Shown here: positions 14,540 to 27,671 of the stretch, piece by piece
Layout: every line of letters begins with the position of its first letter
Position numbering within the stretch: the stretch's first letter is position 1
Source of the DNA: Octopus vulgaris
Lineage: Eukaryota
Reading direction: 5' to 3'
NCBI GenBank assembly: GCA_951406725.2
Contig: OX597819.1
Coordinates: 100,564,001-100,628,000, forward strand
Length of the DNA: 64,000 nt
Position numbers and translations under genes: made by a program
The notes under the pieces: model-generated
What the model was told of the DNA's origin: nothing
Seen by the model: the letters and a program-made list of their open reading frames with translations, nothing else
Database searches by the model: none

Positions 14540-15187
14540 AGAAGTGACAAATGCGCATATTTGGCATATTTTGCTTTATGAGTTCAATAAAGGCAACAAC
14601 ACAACTGAAAGTGCGAAGAATATTAACGCAGTATATGGGGATTGGACAATAAGCATAAACCAGTGTCAACGGTGATTCCAGAAATTCCGAGCCGGAAACT
14701 ACAGCCTAGGAGACGAGCATCGAACTGGAAGATCTATAGAGCTCGACGAGAACGTTCTGCAAACTCTAGTGGTGCAAAATCCCATCGTAACTGTTGGGGA
14801 ACTAGCAGAGAAGCTTGGATTTGGTCATTCTACCATTTATCAACACCTGCGCTAGAAGAATATCGACCACCTTTGGTGTCAAGAGGAAAGGTGTTCTCCA
14901 ATCAGGACGATGCTCGGCCACATTCAGCAAGGATGACATTCCAAAGGCTGGATCAATTTGAAAGAGAAACGATTCCCCACCCATCATATTCGCCGAACAC
15001 TGCCGTTTCTGATTCTGCAGTTTTCAAAATTCTTTGGACGGAAAAAATATGAATGCTGTAGACGAGGTGAGAACAGAACTAGAGAAGTATTTTTCGTCAC
15101 GGACAAGTGAATTTTAGAAGAGGGATCTTGCAAGTCTACCAGATAGAAGAGCATTGTAGAAAATGAAGGAGAGTATATTTTAGATTA
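14540..15187 (+). pseudogene. Mariner transposase pseudogene
   Basis: Manual translation EVTNAHIWHILLYEFNKGNNTTESAKNINAVYG...FQKFRAGNYSLGDEHRTGR...TVGELAEKLG (HTH); after a deletion QDDARPH...PHPSYSPNTAVSD (decayed HDNARPH / HPPYSPDLAPSD); stops present. Confidence 0.85.
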
Positions 15188-15247
15188 AAAAAAGAAATTT
15201 ATCATAATACTGAAAAATAAAAGATAATGGGATGACCCAATATATAT

Positions 15248-15847
15248 GGGCGCAGGTGTGGCTGTGTGATAAAAAGCTAGCTTCCAAACCACATGGTTCC
15301 GACTTCAGTCCCACTGTGTGGCACCTTGGATTCATGTCTTCTACTATAGCCTCAGGCAGACCAAAGCCTTGTTAGTATATTTGGTGGACAGAAATTGAAA
15401 GAAGCCCATCGTATGTTTATACACACACAATATATATATATATATATATATATCACCGTGACCGTGACCGACCAGGCTATCAGATGTTGCTACACATCGC
15501 TGGTCACAATGCGCTTCGCATTGTTTTAGCCTTCATATGACGCCACCCCGCTGGCTAAGCGAGCAGGCCTACAGAAGAAAGAGTGAGAGAAAGTTGTAGC
15601 GAAAGAGTACACAGGGATCGCCACCATCCCCTGCCGGAGCCTCGTGGAGCTTTAGGTGTTTTCGCTCAATAAACACACACCGCCTGGTCTGGGAATCGAA
15701 ACCGCTATCCTACGACCGCGAGTCCGCTGCCGCTGCCCTAACCACTGGGCCATTGCGCCTTCACCCTATTGAAGAATTTGTAGTTGAATGAATCAACTGC
15801 AGTATTTTTGTTGGTTTCTTTAAGCTTGGTGCTTGTTCTGACAGATT

Positions 15848-15923
<76 letters not shown>

Positions 15924-16170
15924 TATGTATGTGTGCGTGTGTGTGTATGTGTGTGTGTCTGTCTGTGTCTGACGTCTGCCATCGCTTGACAGCAGATGCT
16001 GGTGTGTTTATGTCCCAGTATCTTAGCGGTTAGTCAAAAGAGATACAATAAGTACTAGGCTTACAAAAATTAGGTCCTGGGATCGACTTCTTCAACTAAA
16101 ATCCTTTAAGGCGGTGCCCCAGCCTAGGTGCAGTGAAATGACTGAGAGATATAAAAGAATGAAAGAATTC
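15248..16170 (+). mobile_element. SINE family B, interrupted in its internal TA tract by a family C SINE
   Basis: Head ggcgcaggtgtggctgtgtg at 15248; 3' half resumes at about 15770 and ends with aaatgactga...aaagaat. Confidence 0.75.
15453..15763 (-). mobile_element. tRNA-derived SINE family C
   Basis: Minus-strand A box tggcccagtgg and B box ggtttcgattccc; near-identical to 54520-54816. Confidence 0.85.
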
Positions 16171-16348
16171 ACCCCTCCCCCCACCACAATCAGAGGGATG
16201 CAGGCGTGGCTATGTGATAGGAAGTTTGCTCGGCACCTACATGATTCTGGGCTGAGTCTCAATACGTGGCACTTTAGTTGCCTTCTACTATAAATGAGGA
16301 TCGACCAAAGCCTTGTGAATGAACTTGCTAGAGAGAAATGATAAGATG

Positions 16349-16396
<48 letters not shown>

Positions 16397-16436
16397 GAGA
16401 AAGAGAGAGAGAGAGAGCTAGAGAGAGATAGGTAGG

Positions 16437-16504
<68 letters not shown>

Positions 16505-16555
16505 GAGATAGAGAGATAAATGGAGTTAAACGTAGTTATTATTGAAATATTTATA

Positions 16556-16644
16556 CTTGCGACATATGTTTCGAAGAAAACATTGGTATTATTCCAGAAG
16601 GAATGCGATGCTGTAAAACAATGCAATCTTTTCATCAGCGAAAG
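16556..16644 (-). ncRNA. Hammerhead ribozyme motif (type I, PLE-associated)
   Basis: Minus strand ctttcg CTGATGA aaagattgcattg...caatgttttcttc GAAA catat GTC gcaag; intact core, palindromic stem III ACATATGT, decayed stem I. Confidence 0.75.
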
Positions 16645-16799
16645 AAGAAAACAAACACATCACAAGACATATGATGACTGCATATATGATGATAAGAATG
16701 CTGGCAAGGTATTTTTTTAAAAAAAGGTTAATAGATATAACGTCAACCATTCTTTCAACAATAATAACCACAATAAAAGTATTTCTGATATAAATTCTA

Positions 16800-16910
16800 A
16801 TTGCATTCGTTTCCTTAGCAATAATTCTAAGACCAGAATCTCTGTATATCAATGTAAAATTACTTCTGGTCCTGACGTCTTTTTGTTTTTTCATAGGGAG
16901 TTCTTCATCG
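16800..16910 (+). pseudogene. PLE GIY-YIG endonuclease, N-terminal motif part
   Basis: Translates ...NNSKTRISVYQCKITSGPDVF / FIGSSS (VY...FIG, equivalent to GIY-YIG), directly abutting the CR1 5' end. Confidence 0.6.
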
Positions 16911-18654
16911 CCAGTCGCAATCCAAAAACCTTCTTTGCCCATGTCCAACGGGATTCCCGCTTGAACAACCAAATTGCAACGTTGGTAGACTCAGCAGGCG
17001 TATCGATTGAGGACCCTTATCAACAGAGTCAATTATTTGCCGAGGCTTTTTCAACTATTTTCAAACAGGATGATGGTCGTGAACCCCCTCCATTTGATAG
17101 ATCGGTACCTCCAATACTTTGATTGGTCATCACGCGGGACGAAGTCGAACGCGTTATTCAAGGCCTCGATGTCAACAAGGGTCACGGCCCTTACAGCATA
17201 CACCCGCGGGTTATCAAAGCGTTGGCTCCGGTCATCTGCGAGCCTTTAACACGTCTATTCAATATGTCATTGGCGACGGGTGTTATACCTGCGGACTGGG
17301 GAACAGCAATAATCTGCCCAATTTTCAAGAAAGGGAGCCGCGAAGACCCGCTTAACTACCGACCGGTTTCCCTTACTTCAATAATCAGCAAGATGTTCGA
17401 AACCATCATTAAGAAAAGTATGATGCTCCACCTCCAAAACACAGCCTCTATCTCTGATTCCCAACACGGCTTCGTGCCGAAGAGATCATGCTTGACCAAC
17501 TTACTGGTAATGGAAGAATTGGTGACGAGCATCCTCGATGATGGTGATGCTGTTGACATCGTTTTATTGGACTTTGCCAAAGCTTCCATCCAGATATTGT
17601 ACGATGGGTTGGTGCCTTCCTCTTAGATCGCTCCTTCCAAGTCCAAGTTAACGGTTCGCTGCCCGACGTCTCCAGTGCGAGCAGTGGCGTGCCTCAAGGT
17701 TCAGTGCTTGGGCCCTTATTGTTCTTAGTCTTTATAAATGACTTGCTCGACGACCTCACGCAACACACCCTTCTATTTGCCGACGATGTCAAACTGGTCG
17801 CTCCTCGCGGTGATATAGAGGATCTTCGTCGATGCCTCCACCAAATTTGGAGATGGTCTAACGAATGGGACCTGTGTATGAACGTGTCAAAGTGCTGTCA
17901 TCTGCCTGTTGGCTCTCCTCCTGCAACTCAACTTGATTTCGAGCCGGGTCGTCTGCTGCTGGAGAGGACCGACCAGGTAAAGGACCTGAATATCTTGGTG
18001 GATTCCTACTTTTCGCCTTCGGCCCAGTGCGTCCATGCTGCCAACAAAGCACGCCGAGTTCTGTTCCTGATTCGACGGTCATTCGGAATGCTCACAGCAG
18101 CCATATTCCTACCGCTCTATGTCACGCTGGTGAGACCCATATTGAAGTACGGGATTCAAGCCTCTTCTCCTTATCTCCTCAAAGACATCTCGAAAGAGTC
18201 TAGAAGCTGGCTACCCGCATGGTTCTTGGTCTCAAGAATTTGTCTTATGAAGAAAGGCTGAAGACGCTCGACTTTTATTCTCTAGAAAAACGACGACGCC
18301 GTGGTGATCTCATTCTTGCTCACAACATCATAAGCGGAAAGTGCAACCTCTCGAAAGAGCTGTTCTTCACTCCTGCTCCAGAGCGTCGGCTGCGGGGTCA
18401 CTCCGAAAAGCTCTATCAGCGTCGATTTCATCTCAATCGAAGGAGAGAGGCTTTCTCCGTCCGGGTTGCGGATCCGTGGAATAAGCTGCCGGACGAGATG
18501 GTGAAGATGCCGACGACCGCTCGGTTCAAAGTCTCCTTTGACCACAAGTGGCCTGAACTCTTTACATGAACACCACCCTGTACATAACTCCATGTCCCCC
18601 TACATGGCCTTGCTTTTTGCTTTTTGAGCCAAAAAATTTACTAACTAACTAACA
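16911..18654 (+). mobile_element. CR1-clade LINE, 5'-truncated, with frameshifted RT
   Basis: NYRPVSLTS, QHGFVPKRSCLTNL, LLDFAKA, GVPQGSVLGPLLF, LFADDVKL, SYEERLKTL..SLEKRRRRGDLI, FSVRVADPWNKLP; (CTAA)n tail at about 18640-18654. Confidence 0.92.
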
Positions 18655-18657
18655 TTT

Positions 18658-18946
18658 CAGTTGTCCAAAAGAATATCTAACCACTACTCTGCATTTAGAC
18701 ATATCAATAAACGCAACAATTCTGGGCTTAGTTTGGTCTCTTAATGAACACAATAAACAATTTTGCTGAGAATGGAATATTCTATCTAATTCATTTCCTT
18801 ATGATAAGGGAAATCTTATAGCTCGCTAGGTATCGATGAAATGAATTTCATCATGTTCTCAAAGAATCCTCTGGTAAATACGTTTAAAGAACGCGTTTAT
18901 CGTTGTAATCATTTGCAAAAACATACCTTTAGTTCCTATAAGTAAT
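18658..18946 (+). pseudogene. PLE GIY-YIG endonuclease, C-terminal part
   Basis: Manual translation with frameshifts: QLSKRISNHYSAFRHINKRNNSGLS / WSLNEHNKQFC*EWNILSNSFPYDKGN / IDEMNFIMFSKNPLVNTFKERVYRCNHLQKHTF; matches the PLE pattern KR..NH..SFR...T.LS..IW.LK...W.IL...PY...C.LC..E...C.H. Confidence 0.75.
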
Positions 18947-19239
18947 TTCTACCAATATATAGAACTCGAACTTTAATTGTTTTCTTACATATCAGATCTA
19001 CTAAATATATCTATTTCCACGACTTCAAGCTTTATACCTATTCACCTATCACTCTATATTTCTCCACTATTAGTTTTCTGCTAATTACTTTCTTTCCCCT
19101 CCATCTCTTTCTATAAATTGCCTTTGACATTATATCTATTAACAGCTATTTTTAAAAAGTAACTTGCCAGCGTTGTCTTCATCATATACACTGTCATCTC
19201 ATTCTGTTAAAATGTATTGTTGATGTGTATGTTTTTTTT

Positions 19240-19318
19240 TTCCCTGATGCGAATAATGCATTATCATCTTATTCCTTCCGGAATAATAGCAATGTGTTTT
19301 TCGAAACATCTGTAGGAA
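19240..19318 (+). ncRNA. Hammerhead ribozyme motif, decayed (A9C)
   Basis: ttcc CTGATGC ... GAAA catct GTA ggaa; perfect stem I ttcc/ggaa; paralog of 16556-16644. Confidence 0.7.
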
Positions 19319-19480
19319 GTATAAAGATTTTAATAACACTTGCGTTTAACTCCATTTATTTATTCATCTATATCAATAAAAAAACATTTCACTTAACCCG
19401 GAATTTCTACCTTTAAAATAGGTTGTTACATCTTAATTATTTATTTCGAGTTGTTTGTGCAGATTGAAAAAAATACAGAT

Positions 19481-19540
<60 letters not shown>

Positions 19541-19739
19541 CGCGCATATTTTGTTCATCACGATCTTTTGAAAAACGGTGTAGACGTGTTTACATATCTG
19601 TAATCTCGTGGTTAATCAAAAAATACCGATTGAATAACTCTTAGATTTAAAAATACTCCTGTGGTGGATCCATTCAACAAAAATTATTCAGGGCGCTATT
19701 CCTGCATGGACGCAGTATAATGACCGAAAGAAGCAAAGG

Positions 19740-19880
19740 TTGTAGGTGTGGCTGTATGCTTAGAAGCTTGCCTCCCAACCACATGATTCGGTGTTCAGTC
19801 CCACTGCGTTGCACCTTGAGCAATTGTCTTCTACTATACACTCATGTGTGCATTTGGTACACGGAAACTGAAAGACTATC

Positions 19881-19913
<33 letters not shown>

Positions 19914-19980
19914 TGTGTGTGCGTCATTCTGTCTATATTTGTCCTCCCACCACCACGTTACAACCGGTGTTTGTTTGTCA
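19740..19980 (+). mobile_element. SINE family B, degraded
   Basis: gtggctgtatgcttagaagcttgcctcccaaccacatgattcggtgttcagtcccactgcgttgcaccttgagcaa. Confidence 0.75.
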
Positions 19981-20027
19981 GTACGTGTATGTTTGTGTGG
20001 GTTTGTATGTGTGTGTATGCATATATG

Positions 20028-20074
<47 letters not shown>

Positions 20075-20117
20075 GAAGACATACACAATCAGAAACACAC
20101 ACATGTGTATGCGTATG

Positions 20118-20196
<79 letters not shown>

Positions 20197-20999
20197 GACT
20201 AAAAGAAATAAACGAATAAAATAATATATATATATATGTGTGTGTGTGTGTTTTCTTTTATTCTTTTCTTTCTTTAAGTCATGTATATATATATGTATAG
20301 AGAGAGAGGGAGAGGGAGATCGAGAGAGAGAGGCAAATCTTTTTCATGCAAGTCTAATGTATGTTAACCCCCGTTCTATGTAGCATTTAAATTTGCACAT
20401 GTGTGCGATTAAGTCAGTGCATATATATGCACGCGCCTGCGTTCGCATATTGGGTGTTGCATATTCTTCATTAAAATGCGTGCCATTAATTTAACAACTG
20501 GCACCACCACCCCGCCATCACTCACCTCTCCCACAACACCACCACCACCACCATCACCACACTACATCCGATACTGTTCTATATCTCTACACCAGCCTCT
20601 GGCACCGGACAAAAACTCAAACGCCACCCTTACAACGATATCAATAAATTTTCAGGCTGCTGGCTGCAAGGTGGCGGGAGGTGTTTCGTAGTTTGTTGTA
20701 AACGTTCTGGTTGCCGTCATCGAGTAATGGGCCATGTACGTGGGTGTGACATCGGGCGGCGAGGTGTGGCAGGATACTTTATGGAACAACGGCGGTGTGT
20801 AGATGGGTGAGGGGTGGGTGGTGATACTGGATCAAGGTGAAAGGGAGGTTGCGTGGGTTGAATGGCTTTAAATGAATATGAGATAGAAAACAAGGTGGAC
20901 GGACACCCTAACTATGGTCTTCGCTTTTCTTTCTCCTCCGGTCCGCCCCACCGTCGCAAATATATCAATAAATGCGCAATATATATGCTCCTCTATGTG

Positions 21000-21044
21000 C
21001 CAGTCTATCTAACCATCCATCCATCCATCCATCTATCTATCTAC

Positions 21045-21117
<73 letters not shown>

Positions 21118-21146
21118 CATCCATCCATCTATCTATCTATCGATCG

Positions 21147-21178
<32 letters not shown>

Positions 21179-21193
21179 ATCTATCTGTCTATC

Positions 21194-21240
<47 letters not shown>

Positions 21241-21308
21241 CATCTATCTATCTCTCTATCTATCTATCTATCTATCTGGAAGCATATATATATATATACA
21301 TACAAACA

Positions 21309-21380
<72 letters not shown>
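21000..21380. repeat. (CTAT)n followed by (TA)n microsatellite
   Basis: Direct inspection. Confidence 0.95.
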
Positions 21381-21381
<1 letters not shown>

Positions 21382-22009
21382 TACAATTAGATATATGCAA
21401 ACGTGCGCGCGCACAAATGCATACACACACATATATGTAAACATAAACATACATATAAATGTTTAGAGGGGAAAAGAGGCAGACAGACAGACAGACAGAC
21501 AGACAGAGATATAAATAAATAGATAGGCACATATATATGTTGATATGTGTGTGTATATGCGACTTTGTATTTGTGCGCATGTCTGTGTGTACGTATAATG
21601 CCTGTACAAAGAAGTGATAGGAAAATAGACGAATTAAATTAAACTGTAAGGATAGACAAACGTGAAATAGGGACAGAAACATTTGAAGAGAATTAAATGT
21701 AAAGAAAAAAATGCTGGTGTAGAAAAAGTGCAAAAAAAAGATGAAGAAATTAACAAAAGAAATTTTAAAAAAGAAATAAACGTCACGGAAAGAAGAGAGA
21801 GAAAGAAAATTGACAGATGTAACGAAGGAAGAAATGGTGAGAAAATATTTGGAAAGTGATTAAGAATACTATAGAGGAAGCGGAAGAAGAACACAAGGAA
21901 TAAGGAAGGAGAAAGACGAGAATAAAGGATGAAAGATATTGAAGACATGTAAAAGAAAATACTGAATGAATAGAAGGAGTTAGATATAGGTAGATAAATA
22001 AATAAATAG

Positions 22010-22064
<55 letters not shown>

Positions 22065-22214
22065 GAGAGAAAGAAAAGGAATGAGAGAGGGGGAGGACGT
22101 GAAGTGAATGAAAAATTTTGAGAAGATTGAAGGAAAAACACGTCTAGAAAAAGGAAACCTACTAAGATTATACATACATTCATATATACATATATACATC
22201 TTAAATACATACAT

Positions 22215-22247
<33 letters not shown>

Positions 22248-22253
22248 TATATT

Positions 22254-22317
<64 letters not shown>

Positions 22318-24451
22318 TGGGGGATGTATGTACGTGTGGATGTTATGCGTTTGTTTAATTATGTGTGTTTGTTGAGCAAGAGAAAGGGGGTGGAAGAGTG
22401 TGAGGGTGAGTGAGAAAGAGTGAGAGTGAGAGACAGAGAGAAGAGAAAGAGAGAGAGAGAATGAGAGACAAACATTTACAAATAGAACGAGGGCGTCTAA
22501 CTAAAAGCAATTCCATGCGTTGAGAGTAGAGAGGATTTAAAAATAATGATGGAGTATAAAGGGTTAAATTTATGATGGTCTTGTTTCGGGTTCGTGTCAC
22601 GAAAGGGTCGATCTAGTGGACCTTTGGAATAATAAGGGTTAATGCGAGGTGTGTGACGGAAAGGGTGCTGTGATGCATACTGCTCCCTACCCTTTAGAGG
22701 TCATTATGTTAATATCTTCAATTGGGGTGATAACGTTGCGAGGCTTCCCCTTGCAGTTAATATAGCGGATTTGATTGGTTGTAAGGAGTGTGGTGTTGCG
22801 GGGAGGGTAGGAGCAGGTTGAAGGAGGGAGAAAGAGAAGGAAAGAAGAGGAACGTGATATTTGGAGGATTATGAGTGAAACGAGGATGTGTTTAGGGAGT
22901 AAATGGCTGAAATAGCGTGAATGACAGTGAGAGGAAAAATAGCAATATTGCTGCGGAAGAGAATTAGGTGGAGTGTGCATTAGTTGAAAAATTAGAGAGA
23001 GGGAGAGAGAGGGGGAGAGAGAAAGAGAGACAGACAGACAGATAGACAGCTGGACAAACTGACAAAGAGATAGAGAGGGAAAGAAAGAGAGACAAAGACG
23101 GAAGTGCTATGAAAGAGATGAGAAATTGAAATATAATTAGCAAACTAAGGGAGTTTGTTAGACGAGTGAAAGAGAATGACGAAAGAATGGCAAAAGGAAT
23201 TAGGGACAGAAAAAAGAAAATGATGTAATGGATGAGGAAAGACCGTGAGGTTGAGAAAGAGAGAGAAAGACGAAGACAGGAAAACATGGTCTCGCAGATA
23301 CATTATAGTGACGTCGGTATGGTAGAAAGACAAGTATTAAGACAGAAAGGAAAAAGCAGTTATGAAAGAAGAAAATGAAAGTAAAAATTTAGAAAAAAAA
23401 AAAAAAAGGAACAAGCAAGTAAGCGATAGAACATGGAGAATGTGCTAAAGGAAAAAAAGAACATCCAGAAATTAAAGCCGTAAAGAAGAATTAGATAGGT
23501 AGATTTATGAAGCAAAATGTAAGAGGATTATGAAATAATTCGAATGAAGGATCCTCATTTCGAAAATGTTGTCAAGAACAAAAAATAACCTCTAGAGAAA
23601 GCATCAGAAACTAGAATGACATTCAGTGATATTCGTATAATATTCAGTGATATTCCTATGATATTCAGTGTGTTTCTACGCTCAAGTTATCTATCTATTT
23701 ATACTATCTATACGTTTGGATTATTTCCCTCTGCTTTTCTCATTTTTTTTTTTAAATCAAGCAAATTAGTGCATAAACGCTTGTTGATTGACGAATGCAG
23801 TTTCCAGCAGAGAAAACTATACCGATGAAATCAAATTATACTGAAACGTATCTGTAGCTCTCCCGCTAGCTGCAGACTTTTGAAATTATCTCCCCTTCTT
23901 TTCTGCAGTTGATAACATTTACTTCATTTTTCATTCTAAACATTAAAAGCGAATTTCGATTAACCTGAACAATTTTTTTATGTACAATATACTGTGTATC
24001 GCTATATAACGTATCATCAAAATTATTTAGATGGCAACATCTAAATATATGCAGAGAAAATACACCGATTAGTCATTAACTACTTAAAAGTAAAAATACA
24101 GCAAATATATGAGTCTATTACTGACAGATAAGTGCATATACTTATATGGATAGAGCGACTATCCAAACAAGAGATGAAATGTTGGTGAAAACGTCAATAG
24201 ACAGTTGAGCATTTACTTTCTCGCCAAGTTTCCCTGCAAAACATCCAGCGAATAAAAGGAACGTTGACAATATAATAGCAAAATCCAATTTACACTGCAA
24301 TGCTTCAGATGCAAACCGCAATGAATATATTAGATATTACACCTTCTAAAAAATGCGCCCAAATTGTTCTACGTATGTGTTGTGAATCTGTGTGTATTTG
24401 TGTATGCATGTATGTATGTGTGTGTGTGCATGTAGATGACATGCACAAGTC

Positions 24452-24685
<234 letters not shown>

Positions 24686-24735
24686 ATATACATATACATA
24701 CATGCATACATACATACATACATACATACATACAT

Positions 24736-24820
<85 letters not shown>

Positions 24821-25052
24821 TATAATATAATATAATATATTTATACTATAAAATTTGATTTAATCCTAAATCTGATTTTTCCCTGTAAGTTTGGATTTAT
24901 TCCCTAATATTTTATTATATATATATATATATTAATATTATTAATAGTAACGTAATATAAAAATTCCAAGCTAACAGGGAAAAAAATTCAAAAATTCAAA
25001 TTAGCATACTAAATCAAAAATTCACAATATATATATAGCGGTTTGTCTCTAA

Positions 25053-25116
<64 letters not shown>

Positions 25117-25459
25117 GGTGTACATGTTAAACAAAATGGTAATCTTTATATCCATTTTAGCATGGAAGTTCTTTTAGAACTCAAGATACTAGATTATTTA
25201 ACTTGGTACGATTTCTCGTTTGGACTCATGGCGCAGAAGTCGTTCGTCAACGAGAGTCGTCTCATGCTTTCGTAGGATTTGCCCAATCAAGTGATCTCGC
25301 TCTGCCCGCGTTCATCAGAGACAGACGAATCTCACTTAAAACGATACTTAGAATTTTAGCACATAACCTTAAATCAAACTGATGTTGCAAATACCTTGCA
25401 GACTTATTAAAAAGAAAAATTAATAGCGAGAGAAGCAGCATATAAGACATTTATTCTCG

Positions 25460-25657
<198 letters not shown>

Positions 25658-26544
25658 GATACATAAATAAATAGAAACATACATACATACCATACATGCA
25701 TACATACATGATACAGAGACGTGTATTCATACATGCATAATCATCAACACAAGACACATTGGTGCAACATTCACATCGAAATTTCTATAAAGTGCATACG
25801 TAACAGACCGAATATTATCATCTACTACCGAGAAAAAAAGTATATAACGCCATACAGGTCAGGTGCCCTACTGATGTGAAGACCTCTTCGAAAGTCGAAG
25901 AGGATGACTATGGACAACTGCTTCGCAATCTTCAGATTGTATACCTTGATTTTAAATTCATATTTATACGAATCGTAATTTTTGCACATGGTTTTGTTGC
26001 AAAATGTGATGTGACAATTTGGAATAATTGAGTTTTCTCAGAAATTAACCAATTAAGACATATATTAAAGAAACCATCTATACAGTGGAACAGTAAAAAT
26101 ATGCAAGTCTTTTCTCAAATTCAAATTGTGATAATATTTTTTTCATCTGCATTGTATTTCTTGTATTTGTTTTTGGCTTTATTTATGTACTCCCTGAATT
26201 TGTTCTCTTACATATTTTAATTCTTTTTTTACTGTATTTTTTATTTATTCATTCGTGGAGTTTTGAATCATTGTTAAAGAGCAACTCCTTCGTTTCACAC
26301 ATACACACACTCACACACAAACACTCACACACAAACTCACACTCATACACACACGCATATACATGTGTGTATATATTCATACATACACACATATATATAT
26401 ATACATATACATATATATATATATAACTAATGTAGGATAAAATTTTTTTCGGGAAAAAAATTTCATCAATGGCCAGCATATCAAAAAATACCTTTAAAGG
26501 TTAAATTTATAAATAATTTACAATATAAGGGCAAAAGAAAAATT

Positions 26545-26911
26545 CTAATGCCAAATATGCCGGAAAAAAAAAAAAAATTGTCAATTAACCATTATAATTT
26601 ATGCGTCTCGAAACAAACCGATAGAAATTTCTAAAAAATTCGTTATTACCGTATTGGACCAATTTCGGAGTTAATTCATAAGAATTTTCTCCTCTTCGGC
26701 GGCAAATACGCGAGATAAAAGTGAAATACTTACTCATACTCATGGAAAAAGCAAACACCAAGTCCTGAGCAGACCTAAGTACCCCAAATATATCCAAAAT
26801 AGAAAATCTTCGGCACATATTGAGACACGTGTGATTAGAAACTTTCACAGAGTGATAAATTATGATGGTTAATTGACAATTTTTGTCTTTTTTTCGGCAT
26901 ATTTGTCATTA

Positions 26912-26912
<1 letters not shown>
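26545..26912. repeat. Inverted repeat (arms about 58 bp, 26545-26602 and 26855-26912) enclosing an HHR
   Basis: ctaatgccaaatatgccgg...aattgtcaattaaccattataatttat versus ataaattatgatggttaattgacaatt...cggcatatttgtcattag; element lies between TA tracts. Confidence 0.8.
26650..26710 (-). ncRNA. Hammerhead ribozyme motif, decayed (U4C)
   Basis: Minus strand cgtatttg ccg CCGAAGA ggag aaaattcttatgaattaa ctcc GAAA ttg GTC caatacg; stems I and II pair. Confidence 0.7.
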
Positions 26913-26949
<37 letters not shown>

Positions 26950-27080
26950 AGTGAATTGAAGAAATGGAGTTGAACGAAGATTGAACAGAACCCGTGCTGT
27001 CTTCTGCTGTGATTTTTGCTACCAAGGTATCGGTTAAACTTTTGATTAATCTGCAACAAGATTATTCATCTTTCTATTTC

Positions 27081-27138
<58 letters not shown>

Positions 27139-27636
27139 CATACACAGATACATATATATATATATATATATATACATACGTATATATATATAGAGAGAGG
27201 GAGAGGGAGAGCGAGAGAGAGAGATAGACAGAGAGAGAGAGAAAGAGGGAGAGATTGATAGATAGATAGATATAGAGATACTATACTTACAACACACACA
27301 CACACGCACACACAGAGACACAAGCACATATTCAGGAGTTATGATATGCCTGCATACAGGAGTGCTTAAATAGCACGCCTGTGCTCGAGTACTGAAATGC
27401 ATTAATCAAATACGTTGCTGAATGTAAGGTCATTTAGTTAAATATGTCTCGTCCGAACCTTCAAGTACTCCTCCATAATAATCTGTCTTTTGTTTCGTAA
27501 TTATATTAATCTTTATGCATATCTACTTCAGTCGTTCTTACCATCACCACTCTATTACTTGTATAATTTTTTGTGCACTCATCATACATGCATTATTATT
27601 AAAATAAAACTATATCTATTTATGTCTGACTTATCC

Positions 27637-27671
<35 letters not shown>

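Larger units (their letters stand above)
13934..15240 (+). mobile_element. Mariner (DD34D) DNA transposon, internally deleted, interrupted by a SINE
   Basis: TIRs ttgggtcttcccat (13934) / atgggatgacccaa (15227-15240) followed by TA; transposase remnant inside. Confidence 0.85.
16515..19359 (+). mobile_element. Penelope-like retroelement (5'-truncated) with inverted pLTR arms, split by a CR1 LINE
   Basis: Inverted arms 16515-16746 and 19124-19359, each with an HHR motif; GIY-YIG remnant between them. Confidence 0.8.

Noticed and set aside
25867-25905. CTGATGT gaag..cttc GAAA gtc, HHR-like
   Set aside because: Core mismatch and no stem I or III; better explained by the hairpin cctcttcga-aag-tcgaagagg
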